NCBI GenBank assembly: GCA_044229975.1 | Contig: JBGARZ010000022.1 | Coordinates: 32,001-96,000 of the forward strand | Origin: Polyangiales bacterium | GTDB taxonomy: Bacteria > Myxococcota_A > Polyangia > Polyangiales > Ga0077539 | DNA: 64,000 nt | Reading direction: 5' to 3' | Shown here: positions 1 to 8,870 of the stretch, piece by piece | How positions within the stretch are numbered: position 1 is the stretch's first letter | Layout: the number at the start of each line of letters is the position of its first letter | Made by a program: the position numbers and the translations under genes | Notes under the pieces: model-generated | What the model saw: only the letters and a program-made list of their open reading frames with translations | Told to the model about the DNA's origin: nothing | Databases searched by the model: none

Positions 1-57
1 ATCGCGCACTTTCCCCGATGGACGCCCCCGCGTCGGAGATGACAACCTCCGCGTTTG

Positions 58-984
58 ATGCCCGACCTCCTCGATCACCTCGTCACGGCTGACCCGACAG
101 CGCTGACGTGTTTCACCCTCGAAGAGTGGTGGCCGCTCATGACGAAGGTCGGCTCGGCCTTCGAAGACGCCATCGATCGAACCATCGTGTCGGGCTTCGC
201 CGCCGACCGCCTCGGGTGGGCCTTCGCGTCGGGCTACCACCATGCGTTGCGGCGGCTGGTTCCGGGTCTGCGCACGGGCGACCCGGTCGCGCTCGCGGCC
301 ACCGAGGACGGCGGCGGCCACCCGCGAGCCATCATCTCCACGCTGCGCCCCTCCGACGACGGCGGCTTCGTCCTCGACGGAACCAAGCGCTTCGTCACCC
401 TCGGCCGCTACGCCCGTCGCCTGCTCGTGGTCGCCTCCACCGGCACCACCGCTGCGGGACAGAACCAGCTCCGCCTCGTGCGGGTGAGCCCCGACGCGCC
501 CGGCCTCACGCTGAGCGACCTCCCTCCGACGCCCTTCGCGCCGGAGATCGAGCACGCGCAGGCGGTGTTCGTCGCAGTGCGCGTCTCAGCCGACGACGTG
601 CTGCCGGGGGACGGCTACGAGCGCTACCTCAAGCCCTTCCGCACGCTCGAAGACCTCCACGTGCTCGGCGCCGCGCTCGGTCATCTCGTGGCGATGGGCC
701 GCCGTCGCCATTGGCCCGAGCCCTTCTGCGAAGACGCGCTGGCGGCGGCGTGTGCGGTGCGTTCGCTCGTGGTCGAGCCGCCGGCGAGCGCGGCCACGCA
801 CCTCGCGCTGGGGGGCCTGCTGCGCACCGTCGGTCAGCTCGTGTCGGTCGCGGACGCGCAGCTCGCGGGCGTCGCCGACGACGAGGCCGCGCGGTGGACG
901 CGCGACCGCGGCATCTTGAAGGTGGCCGATCGGGTGAGGGCGATGCGCCTGGAAGCGGCCTGGAAGATCGTCGGCCGGCGCTGA
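58..984 (+). CDS. acyl-CoA dehydrogenase family protein
   Basis: ALAATEDGGG, LDGTKRFVTLG and V..DDVLPGDG segments match the ACAD N-terminal and middle domains; ATG at 58 (ORF track starts at 55). Confidence 0.7.
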   Translation: MPDLLDHLVTADPTALTCFTLEEWWPLMTKVGSAFEDAIDRTIVSGFAADRLGWAFASGYHHALRRLVPGLRTGDPVALAATEDGGGHPRAIISTLRPSDDGGFVLDGTKRFVTLGRYARRLLVVASTGTTAAGQNQLRLVRVSPDAPGLTLSDLPPTPFAPEIEHAQAVFVAVRVSADDVLPGDGYERYLKPFRTLEDLHVLGAALGHLVAMGRRRHWPEPFCEDALAAACAVRSLVVEPPASAATHLALGGLLRTVGQLVSVADAQLAGVADDEAARWTRDRGILKVADRVRAMRLEAAWKIVGRR

Positions 985-989
985 TTCAG

Positions 990-1226
990 GCGGCGGCGGA
1001 GTTCGCGTGCCGCCCATGGGTCGGAGTGCGGTCGCTCACTCCGGGCTATTTCACGTGGTCACCTCGCTGCGCGAGGTTGCAGGGACTCACAACCGACCAT
1101 GGATGGTCGATGGGTTGTTCATTGAAACCAACGCTGCAACCTCGCGCAGCGAGGTGACCACGTGAAGTAGCCCGGAGTGAGCGACCGCACTGCGACTCAT
1201 GGGCGGCACGCGAACTCCGCCGCCGC
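990..1226. repeat. long inverted repeat (93-bp arms, 51-bp loop); REP/MITE-like
   Basis: Arms 990-1082 and 1134-1226 are reverse complements with 3 mismatches; lies between convergent genes. Confidence 0.9.
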
Positions 1227-1239
1227 TCCGAGCAGTCTC

Positions 1240-3333
1240 CTACGAGCACTCCCCGAGGGAGCTGCCGTTGATCTGGATGCTCACGCCGTTGATGGAGCGT
1301 GAGGTGCAGCAGTCGTCGATGTGGGTCAGCACGATGCGGTTGCGGCCCGTCACGAGGAAGCGCGACAGGTCGGTGGTGGCGCCGTCCGAGCCGAGCAGCA
1401 CGTACGACGACGGGTCGACGATGCCCGCCGGGTAGCGCGAGTTGTGCACCGTGATGCGAACGCCATCATCGACGGAGCCAATGCGCACGATGAGGCTCGA
1501 CACCGCGTAGCCCGCCGGGATGTCGAAGAAGGTCTGGAAGAACGTGAACTCCCCGCCGTTGAGGCACGTGCACACGCGCCCGCACAGCGCCGACCCCTCC
1601 GAGAACCCGATGTCCGTACGCTCCACCGGCGTCCACGACCCGTCGGCCTCGTTGGGAATCGACGCCAGCTCGTACTCGCCCGCGTCGCCGTGCACCGAAA
1701 ACGTCCGACCGAAGCACACCGGCCCGCTCGCGCGGCTGATCTGCCAGGGCGACCCCGAGGCCGTGAGGCACGGCAGGCAGCCGGTGTTCACCTCGCCCAC
1801 GCACGCACCCCAGTTCGAGGCGCCGCCCGAGGCCGTGCAGGTCTGCGTGCCGCCGTGGCAGCGCCCGACGCCCTCGGTGCCCGCCGCGCCCGTGTAGCAG
1901 GGGCGCGTGGTGGTCGCGACGCACGCGCAGCGCGTACCCGCCCCCGAGCACGATCGATCGACGCCGTCGCAGGTGTCCGTCGTGGGCGTCACCTCGCCGT
2001 CGCAGCCGCCCCACGCCGACGTGCTCCCGCTCACGATGCACTGTTGGGTGCCCGCGCGGCAGAGGCCCACGCCATTCGTCGAGGGGAGCCCGCTGTAACA
2101 AGACCGCGTCGCCCCCGCGAGGCAGGTGCACGACGCGGTGCTGCCCGTGCACGCGCGGTCGACGCCGTCGCAGCGGTCGGCCACCGGGGTGACCTCGCCC
2201 TCGCACGCGCCCCACACCGAGCCGGCGCCGGTGAAGAGGCAGCGCTGCGTTCCGCCGCGGCAGAGGCCGACGCCCCGTGTCCCGGCCGGGCCCGAGTAGC
2301 ACTCGCGCATCGTGCCGGTGGTGCACGCGCAGGGCGACGTGGTGCCCGTGCACGAGCGATCGACGCCGTCGCAGGTGTCGCTCGTCGGCGTGACCTCGCC
2401 CACGCACGCGCCCCACGCCGTGCGCCCCGACTCGGTGCGCCCGCACACCTGCGAGCCCGCGCGGCAGGCGCCCACGCCCATCGTCGCCGGTGCGCCCGTG
2501 TAGCAGGAGCGACTGCGCCCGAGGATGCAGTCGCAGTCGGCTTCGGGCATGCCGTTGCAGGCGCGGTCGACGCCGTCGCACTGGCTCGTGGTCGGGGTGA
2601 CCTCGCCCTCGCACGCGCCCCACACGGCGCCGGTGGCGGTCATCGTGCAGGTGGAGGTTCCGGCGCGGCAGGCGCCCCGACCGGCGGTGCCCGCGGCCCC
2701 CGAGTAGCACGAGCGGGTCATGCCCGGCGTGCACGCGCAGCCCTCGTCGATGACGCCGTTGCAGCGCCAATCGCGCCCCTCACCACAGCGCACCATCTGG
2801 GGCGAGCCCGCGCCCATGCACGCGCTCCACGTCCCGAACTCGCCGGTGCCCATGCACTGCTGCATCCCGAAGTTGCAGACGCCGCGTCCGGCCTCGGCGG
2901 GAGCGCCCGGGTAGCACCGCTGGCTCTGACCTGGGAGGCACGGGCACGACTCGTCGAGGCGACCGTCGCAGTTGTCGTCGAGGCCGTTGTTGCAGATCTC
3001 CATCGGCACGCAGCCCGTGACGGGCGGGCTCACGACGGCGCCGTCGGGGAGCTGCACCGCGCCGTCGCCGAGCACCACGCTGCCGTCGGGGTAGCCCGCG
3101 GCGCCGTCGGTGGGCGCGACGCTTCCGTCGTTGGGGGTGACGCCGCCGCCGTCCATGGTCGACGCGCCGTCGGTGGGAGCGCCCGCCTCGCGGTCGGCGC
3201 GGCCGTTGGCGTCGGTGCGGCCGAGGTCGGTGCCGGTGCCTCCATCGCCGGGGTCGTGCACCGCGTAGTCCGAGTCGAAACAGCCCCCGAGGGAGAGCGC
3301 CACGAACCACAAGGCCCACCATCGCGACGACAT
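1240..3333 (-). CDS. Cys-rich repeat lipoprotein (myxobacterial putative metal-binding repeat type)
   Basis: Lipobox LGGC; EICNNGLDDNCDG motif; about six ~70-aa repeats (CYSG..GT.G.G.C..GTQ.C...WGACEGEVTP..D.CDGVDR.C). Confidence 0.8.
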   Translation of the reverse strand: MSSRWWALWFVALSLGGCFDSDYAVHDPGDGGTGTDLGRTDANGRADREAGAPTDGASTMDGGGVTPNDGSVAPTDGAAGYPDGSVVLGDGAVQLPDGAVVSPPVTGCVPMEICNNGLDDNCDGRLDESCPCLPGQSQRCYPGAPAEAGRGVCNFGMQQCMGTGEFGTWSACMGAGSPQMVRCGEGRDWRCNGVIDEGCACTPGMTRSCYSGAAGTAGRGACRAGTSTCTMTATGAVWGACEGEVTPTTSQCDGVDRACNGMPEADCDCILGRSRSCYTGAPATMGVGACRAGSQVCGRTESGRTAWGACVGEVTPTSDTCDGVDRSCTGTTSPCACTTGTMRECYSGPAGTRGVGLCRGGTQRCLFTGAGSVWGACEGEVTPVADRCDGVDRACTGSTASCTCLAGATRSCYSGLPSTNGVGLCRAGTQQCIVSGSTSAWGGCDGEVTPTTDTCDGVDRSCSGAGTRCACVATTTRPCYTGAAGTEGVGRCHGGTQTCTASGGASNWGACVGEVNTGCLPCLTASGSPWQISRASGPVCFGRTFSVHGDAGEYELASIPNEADGSWTPVERTDIGFSEGSALCGRVCTCLNGGEFTFFQTFFDIPAGYAVSSLIVRIGSVDDGVRITVHNSRYPAGIVDPSSYVLLGSDGATTDLSRFLVTGRNRIVLTHIDDCCTSRSINGVSIQINGSSLGECS

Positions 3334-3417
3334 CGGCAAGTACCTCACTGGGGCCGATGGTAGGCACGCCTCGCCAACGCGCGAAACCTACGAGCGCGCG
3401 ATGGTGACGGGTGGGAT

Positions 3418-3572
3418 CTACGCCGCGGCGTCCACGCGGGGCACACCGGTCGGGCCCGCAGTGCGCGGGTCCTACGCCGCGGCGTAGGGCAAGCGCAGTG
3501 GTCGGGTTCCTCCTCACCGGGCCTACGCCGCGGCGTCAGCGCGGCGCGCGCCGGTCGGGCCCGCAGTGCGCG
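3418..3572. repeat. 2-3 degenerate copies of the ACGCCGCGGCGT-containing ~53-bp repeat
   Basis: tacgccgcggcgtcagcgcggcgcgccggtcgggcccgcagt matches the repeat unit at 11541-12340. Confidence 0.85.
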
Positions 3573-3621
3573 AGGCCACACTGCCAGTCCCGCTCGCACG
3601 AAGCGGCCCTACGTTGGGCTC

Positions 3622-3954
3622 ATGAGCAGCGAAACCAACGCGGTGACCTGGAAGGACGGCTCCCGGTGGAGCACGGGGGCGGGCGTATTCCGACGACTGA
3701 CCGGACGGCTCGACGGGCTGCGCGACACGGTGGTGGGCTTGGGGCCGGTGCTCGATCGGTGGAAGGCACGGGGCGCGGGGGCCGTCGACGTGGACGACTT
3801 CGCGCCGACGGAGGACGACCGCGCAGTGCTGACCGCGGCGCTGGCGCGGGTGGTCGAGGACGACGACGGGGACGCGAGCGAGGAGGGGAGGGCGGTGGGC
3901 ACCGAGGCGCGGGCGCTGCACGAGTTGTTCATGACGGATGTGACGAAGGGGTAG
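3622..3954 (+). CDS. hypothetical protein
   Basis: 110-aa ORF with ATG start and host-like codon usage. Confidence 0.6.
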   Translation: MSSETNAVTWKDGSRWSTGAGVFRRLTGRLDGLRDTVVGLGPVLDRWKARGAGAVDVDDFAPTEDDRAVLTAALARVVEDDDGDASEEGRAVGTEARALHELFMTDVTKG

Positions 3955-3995
3955 CGGCGGAGGCGGGGGCAGTCGGCACCAGCGGCTTGTTGGGC
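3948..3995 (-). other. truncated attC-like site (R''/L'' half only)
   Basis: gtcggcaccagcggcttGTTGGGC matches the conserved arm of the 91-bp sites; the other arm is missing. Confidence 0.7.
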
Positions 3996-4041
3996 GGGGC
4001 TCCACTCTGTCCCGAAGGCATCCTCAAAACCGAGGCGTTCG

Positions 4042-4479
4042 TCAGCCTGCAACGTCGGGTTCGGGAGAATCCACCACGAGATCCGGATGAAGAGTGTGCG
4101 TTTCCCAGAAGTAGGGGTGTTCCCGAAGGACCGGCGTTGGCTTGATGGTCCGCTGTGCGGGGCGCATGCGACTCTTGAATCGCTCGTCGATGGGTGTGAC
4201 AGCTGCGCGAAGGCGCGCTGCTGTCTCGGCGCTTGCATGCTCGATGGAGAGTTGAATCCATACGCGGCAGCCAATCTCGTGGTTGTACTCGGATGGGTCC
4301 CAGTTCGACCAGTCGGTGTCCACGAACTGAGCCCACTGGGAGAAGTGGTCATGGAGTGTCGCTCCAACGTATGCGTCTACAAGAGTCGGGTGCTCGCCCC
4401 AGCGCTGAATCGCCACTCGAATTGCGGCCAGGTCGGTCAGGGTAATCGACACGTCGAACTCTGGTTCTCGTACTTGCAC
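4042..4479 (-). CDS. cassette-encoded hypothetical protein (145 aa)
   Basis: GTG at 4479 preceded by GAGG; stop lies 46 bp before the half attC. Confidence 0.7.
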   Translation of the reverse strand: MQVREPEFDVSITLTDLAAIRVAIQRWGEHPTLVDAYVGATLHDHFSQWAQFVDTDWSNWDPSEYNHEIGCRVWIQLSIEHASAETAARLRAAVTPIDERFKSRMRPAQRTIKPTPVLREHPYFWETHTLHPDLVVDSPEPDVAG

Positions 4480-4494
4480 CGTTGCCTCGATTTT

Positions 4495-4585
4495 GCCTGA
4501 TGGCTGGCCGCCGCGCCGCCGCAGCGGACGCGACGGGGTAGTGGCGGGTGAAGCGACCGCGGTCGGCACCATCGGCTTGTTGGGC
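4495..4585 (-). other. attC-like site with degenerate R' core
   Basis: Minus strand GCCCAACAAGCCGATGGTGCCGACCGC...ATCAGGC (R' no longer starts with GTT); 91 bp. Confidence 0.8.
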
Positions 4586-4597
4586 AGGGCGCGCATC

Positions 4598-5116
4598 TCA
4601 AGTCTCGGCGACCGCTGGGAGAGCATTGAAGTCCCTGATCGACGACTCGACCAGATTCGCCAGAGCGATCCATTCACCTGGGACAATCGCACCGTGCCAC
4701 GACAATCGCGATCTCGCTTGCCCTACAAATGCAGCCACCTCGTAGCGCACTCCGTCGCAGGCTTCTGCCGGTATTCGTTGTGTTCGTATGGGGACCAAAA
4801 GACCGTCAATCGATCCCACCAACTTCTCGACGATCTCCGGGTCGATCATCACCCGAGAAAATCCAAAAACGAAGTCGTCCTCGGGCTCTGCGGAAAGAGA
4901 ACGGTACAGCCGCAGTACATCCTCTCTGTAGATTTCATAGCATACGGTAGGTTCGAACGAGGGTCTATATACAAGTTGAAGCAGGCGTTCGCCCGAGCCA
5001 GGAAAGCACCACCATTCGTCGTGGATATGCCTCGGCGTGGTCGTCGCGATCCGCTTCTCGCTCTCGAACTCCGCGAGGCGCCTCTCAAGTTTTCGCTGCG
5101 CCTTAGTACTCGGCAT
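4598..5116 (-). CDS. cassette-encoded hypothetical protein (172 aa)
   Basis: ORF fills the interval between two attC sites; stop 12 bp before R''. Confidence 0.75.
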   Translation of the reverse strand: MPSTKAQRKLERRLAEFESEKRIATTTPRHIHDEWWCFPGSGERLLQLVYRPSFEPTVCYEIYREDVLRLYRSLSAEPEDDFVFGFSRVMIDPEIVEKLVGSIDGLLVPIRTQRIPAEACDGVRYEVAAFVGQARSRLSWHGAIVPGEWIALANLVESSIRDFNALPAVAET

Positions 5117-5195
5117 CGCTACTCTCCCAATCTACTGCCGTCCCGCAGGCAGAGCGATCTCATGGGACGCCTACAATCGGCGGCGACGAGGCTCC

Positions 5196-5286
5196 GCCCA
5201 ACGGCAGGCCTCTGTGCCGCCGCAGCGGGCACGGCTGGTTGGCAGAGGGTGAATGGGGAGCGGTCGGCACCATCGGCTTGTTGGGC
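5196..5286 (-). other. attC-like site
   Basis: Minus strand GCCCAAC...GTTGGGC; 91 bp; L' arm slightly mismatched. Confidence 0.88.
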
Positions 5287-5306
5287 TCACCGCTCTTTGG
5301 TAGGCT
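5278..5306 (+). promoter_or_regulatory. putative sigma70 promoter of the TA cassette
   Basis: TTGTTG-17 bp-TAGGCT with TGn extended -10; ATG follows 7 nt after the -10 box. Confidence 0.45.
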
Positions 5307-5313
5307 CCCCGAC

Positions 5314-5508
5314 ATGACTGCCAGGAAGATCGAAAACCGCCTCCCCGACGACCACCCCGCCTTGTTGGCTGCACGGCGTGCCCCGATCGAGTCCGAAACG
5401 GATGAGGAACGTGAGGTGGTCGAGGCTGCGATGAACTCGGGACAACTCGTGCCTGGGTCGATCGTGACGGCGGAACTCGCGCGGCGCGCACGTCGGCCCC
5501 ATGGCTGA
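5314..5508 (+). CDS. putative antitoxin (64 aa)
   Basis: Small ORF with an acidic stretch (ESETDEERE), overlapping the downstream RelE-like ORF by 8 bp. Confidence 0.6.
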   Translation: MTARKIENRLPDDHPALLAARRAPIESETDEEREVVEAAMNSGQLVPGSIVTAELARRARRPHG

Positions 5509-5746
5509 TTTGGAGATTCTCTGGACCCCCGCTGCGATCTGGGCGCTCCGCAGCTTTCACTGGCGTGAGGGCGAAGTCATTGACGCCGCTGTGCAGAAGT
5601 TTGCTCGGACGGGCGAGGGGCATGTGACTCGAATTGACGGGTCGCTGAGCCGGATGCGCCTCTACGTGCCGCCATTCACCGTGCGGTTCAGCCTGGACCA
5701 AGACAAGGGCGTACTCGTGGTCGCTTGGGTGTGGCGACAAGACTGA
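5501..5746 (+). CDS. RelE/ParE-superfamily toxin-like protein (81 aa)
   Basis: EILWTPAAIWAL...IDAAVQKFARTGEGHVTRIDG...RL.V...TVRF...LVV pattern resembles the RelE fold. Confidence 0.7.
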   Translation: MADLEILWTPAAIWALRSFHWREGEVIDAAVQKFARTGEGHVTRIDGSLSRMRLYVPPFTVRFSLDQDKGVLVVAWVWRQD

Positions 5747-5903
5747 CGAGCAGGCTGTCGATGCCCTGGCCTCGCCGCTCGGTGCTTGGTTTGTCGTCAT
5801 CCCGCTGCCCTCGTTGATCGCAGCCCGCTGTCCGCAGTCGACTGCCTGTTGCTCGTTGACCGCGACTCGCAGCTTGCTCTTCCACAGCCCGTCGCTCGTC
5901 GCT

Positions 5904-5994
5904 GCCCAACGGCCTGCCGATGTGCCGCCGCAACGGGTGCAGCGGGTTGGTGGTGGGTGAAGCGGGAGCGGTCGGCACCATCGGCTTGTTAGAT
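5904..5994 (-). other. attC-like site
   Basis: Minus strand ATCTAAC...GTTGGGC; 91 bp. Confidence 0.92.
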
Positions 5995-6153
5995 GTGCCG
6001 GATATCGCTCGCCGCTCACCCGTTTGCCGGAACCCGTTACTCGTCGTCTCGTCTGTCGCCTCGGCCGTTGTCACGCCACTGCTCTCACTGGCCGATGCAT
6101 GGAGTCTTTGGGAGAGATTGCTGATTGCAGGCCGGAGAGGTGACACAGCATGG

Positions 6154-6429
6154 CTACACTCGATACTCCAGCCCAAGGAGATTCATCGCCTCTTTCAATG
6201 CGATCGGTCTAGCGGCCTTCGTCTGCTCATCAACGAAGAGAAAGTTACTTGTACCAAGCGGCATATACGCCATGTCGCGATCCACCGTCCAACGAGCGTC
6301 AGCGTATGGAGCGACCCAACCGCCCTCTACCTTGGTGTAGTCCTCCTTCCGCGTCGCGAGCCTGTCATCGATATAGTCCACTCGGCCCAGAGCTTCTTCA
6401 GCAAGTCGATACGCCTCGTCTACATCCAT
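6154..6429 (-). CDS. cassette-encoded YrhB/Imm35-like protein (91 aa)
   Basis: ATG at 6429 with GAGGT RBS; GGWVAPY...LGTSNFLFVDEQT resembles the YrhB motif GW.F.Y...LAGN.P..VD..TG. Confidence 0.5.
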   Translation of the reverse strand: MDVDEAYRLAEEALGRVDYIDDRLATRKEDYTKVEGGWVAPYADARWTVDRDMAYMPLGTSNFLFVDEQTKAARPIALKEAMNLLGLEYRV

Positions 6430-6719
6430 CACGGCACCTCGTCCCTTGACTCCCTCACAAGCCCCACGACCGCTCTTCACACACCGCGTGAGGCGTATTT
6501 CTTCCTCGCCTTTTCCAAATAGATGCACCAGACGTCACCGCCGGCCGCCTGCTCGCTGGGGTCTTTCGTCGTTCGTCGTCTGGACCGTTGTCACGCCGCT
6601 TTCCTCATTGACCGATGCTCGCGGTCGCCACTCGTTGTCCGTTGCCCACAGCCCATTGCTCGTTGGCCGTGGCCCAATCGTTGCCTTTTCGCCGCCCGTA
6701 GCTCGCTGCCCTGTGCTCT

Positions 6720-6810
6720 ATCTAACGACTGGCCGATGTGCCGCCGCAGCAGACGCGGCGGGGTGGTAGTGGGTGAGGTGGCGGCGGTCGGCACCATCGG
6801 CTTGTTGGAC
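6720..6810 (-). other. attC-like site
   Basis: Minus strand GTCCAAC...GTTAGAT; 91 bp. Confidence 0.92.
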
Positions 6811-6845
6811 ATCTCGGCAGACGCGGGGTGTATGTTTGCAGCCAG

Positions 6846-8573
6846 CTATTCCGCAGACCACCTCGGGACAAACGACGTTGCCGGGACAGTCATCAGCTTC
6901 ATCAACTCCTTGCCGTTCGGCCACCCCGGAATCATTGTCGCAACGGTGCTCGCTGCGAGGCTTTCAGCATTTACACTGGCGACCGCCTTCAGCCAGTTCA
7001 TTGGACTGAACAACTTTCCGCTTGGTTGTGTATTGATCGCATTCTGAAGAGCATTGTCCAAGCAGCTGGCAGCCAGCGTCAGGATCTCGGTCGGCTGCTG
7101 AGCCGCCTTCAACGTCGCGGCGGGCTCCACAACGAGTTGCTGCTTGTTGGCTCTGGCAATAATAGCCGACACAACAAACAGCACATGATACTTAGCATAG
7201 CCCTTTCCTGCCTTTATCGTATCGTCGAACGTAAAATTGGACCACAGATCCTCAATGGCGTTCAGCCACGTCTGGAGGGCAAGCATTGACGCCGGATTGT
7301 AGCCAGTACGAAAGAGAGTTTTGTAGTGATCATCAAACAATCGTTTCTCGTTATACGAAATATTCGGCCTCTGGCAGTGCCAGGCCATTAGCATTTTTCC
7401 GAGTATGGCTGTGTCGATGGTCTTTGCCGCATCTCTATTGGCAGGTCGTTCTTCTCCTCTCTTGGTGAGGAGATAGCCGTCCGGGTATTGAATCTCATAC
7501 GCTCTCTTCAGTCCCACCAAGACCTTGTCGTTGCTCTTAAGATCTCGTGGCTTTACCTGAGTCTGCGAGTTCGTGTTGATGCTGATTCGATCCCCAAGCG
7601 CTCGGTCAGGAATCTCGTAAAGCCGAAAGAGAATTCGCGCATCGGAGGCTTCCGACGAGCGCACTCGCTCCGAGACCGAAAAGATCGTTGAAAGCGACTG
7701 GCATCCGTTCACGACGCTCAGTCCCTTGATGTTCATGGTTTTCCCGTCGTCGCTTATGGCGACGGAATCACATAGTGCGGTAACGCCATTGTGGTAGAAG
7801 AAAAATTCCCTCACTCGATCGCCATTGTTGATGGTGTCTTTGAGTGCCCTGTTTACCTTGTTCATTCCGAGCGACTGACGGACGTTCTTGCGAAAAAGAC
7901 GCCCGTCCTTGATCCCAGGCAGCCGTAGACATTCCTTCAAAGGCAAGACGGCTAGTACCGTCTGGGCAGAGCCTAGCTTTGTGACCAATGTGCTAGCAGG
8001 ATCAACGATCATCGCATGGTCCAATGACGGAAGTTCCTGCGCTTCAGCCTCGGCGAGCCGCAGCTTGAGAACATCTGTGTCGATGAGATGGAGCCCTGCT
8101 TCGAAGTCGTCAGATTTTTCCAGATTTTCCGCAAAGGCTTTCAAGTCTCCCCGCGCAGCGTCGGTCAATGCGCCCGTCGTGATCAACTCGAAGTCCACTC
8201 GGTAGTCGTCCTCCAGAGCTCGTCGAACCGCTTCGAGTTTCACTTTGAGTTTGTCGTTGGCATCCTTTTGCAAGGACGGAAGGTCTTGAAGTCGCATCCA
8301 CGCGCCTAGCACTTCACGAAGCGGCTCCCCATCGACGGGGCTCCCGTCGATGAATTTGCCTTGAATAACGATCACTCTACGCTCTTCGTCCTCAACGATG
8401 ATGGCGTCGATCTGCTTGTCATTGGCGCCGTCGGTGATGTCGTCCCGCGTTGCGACCGCATCACGAAGCAGTACCCTTCGCAGATGCCAGGCAACAAAAC
8501 GCTGGCCATCGTTGGCGAAATTCTGCTGATAGTAACTACCGTCCGTGATCTCACGCTTGATCTGATCGATCAT
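6846..8573 (-). CDS. AIPR family protein (abortive infection phage resistance) with N-terminal PD-(D/E)xK-like domain
   Basis: LFRKNVRQSLG, FFFYHNGVT, VVNGCQS, NTNSQTQVKPRDLKSND; N-terminal DGANDKQIDAI...IQGKF; GGAGG RBS; AT-richer than flanks. Confidence 0.92.
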   Translation of the reverse strand: MIDQIKREITDGSYYQQNFANDGQRFVAWHLRRVLLRDAVATRDDITDGANDKQIDAIIVEDEERRVIVIQGKFIDGSPVDGEPLREVLGAWMRLQDLPSLQKDANDKLKVKLEAVRRALEDDYRVDFELITTGALTDAARGDLKAFAENLEKSDDFEAGLHLIDTDVLKLRLAEAEAQELPSLDHAMIVDPASTLVTKLGSAQTVLAVLPLKECLRLPGIKDGRLFRKNVRQSLGMNKVNRALKDTINNGDRVREFFFYHNGVTALCDSVAISDDGKTMNIKGLSVVNGCQSLSTIFSVSERVRSSEASDARILFRLYEIPDRALGDRISINTNSQTQVKPRDLKSNDKVLVGLKRAYEIQYPDGYLLTKRGEERPANRDAAKTIDTAILGKMLMAWHCQRPNISYNEKRLFDDHYKTLFRTGYNPASMLALQTWLNAIEDLWSNFTFDDTIKAGKGYAKYHVLFVVSAIIARANKQQLVVEPAATLKAAQQPTEILTLAASCLDNALQNAINTQPSGKLFSPMNWLKAVASVNAESLAASTVATMIPGWPNGKELMKLMTVPATSFVPRWSAE

Positions 8574-8731
8574 ATTTTTTCCTCCGGTGTGCTTGCGAGA
8601 GTGTCAGAGCCGACTGCCGTTGTTCAAGAGTCTTCGTGTCGCCTGCGTCGTAATCACCACATTGATCGCTTTTCTTCGCTCGTGACCCGCCGTTTGCCAC
8701 CTCACAGCCGGCCGCCCGCTGCTCTGTGGCT

Positions 8732-8822
8732 GTCCAACGGCTGGCCGATGTGCCGCCGCAGCGGGTGTAACGGGTTGGCATTGGGCGAGTTGGCGGCGGT
8801 CGGCACCATCGGCTTGTTGGGC
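8732..8822 (-). other. attC-like site
   Basis: Minus strand GCCCAACAAGCCGATGGTGCCGACCGC...GCGGCGGCACATCGGCCAGCCGTTGGAC; 91 bp. Confidence 0.92.
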
Positions 8823-8870
8823 GGTCTTGCCACAGAGTCCTGATCTCCAGATCGACGAAGCCGCGCAGTA

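Noticed and set aside
4480..4692. N-terminal extension of ORF 4042..4692 and other ORFs containing NKPMVPTA or VGTIGLL
   Set aside because: These are read-throughs of attC DNA; the RBS-supported start is GTG at 4479
3948..8822. 91-bp repeats as a CRISPR array
   Set aside because: Intervals are 0.5-2 kb and contain whole genes; no cas genes; the structure fits attC
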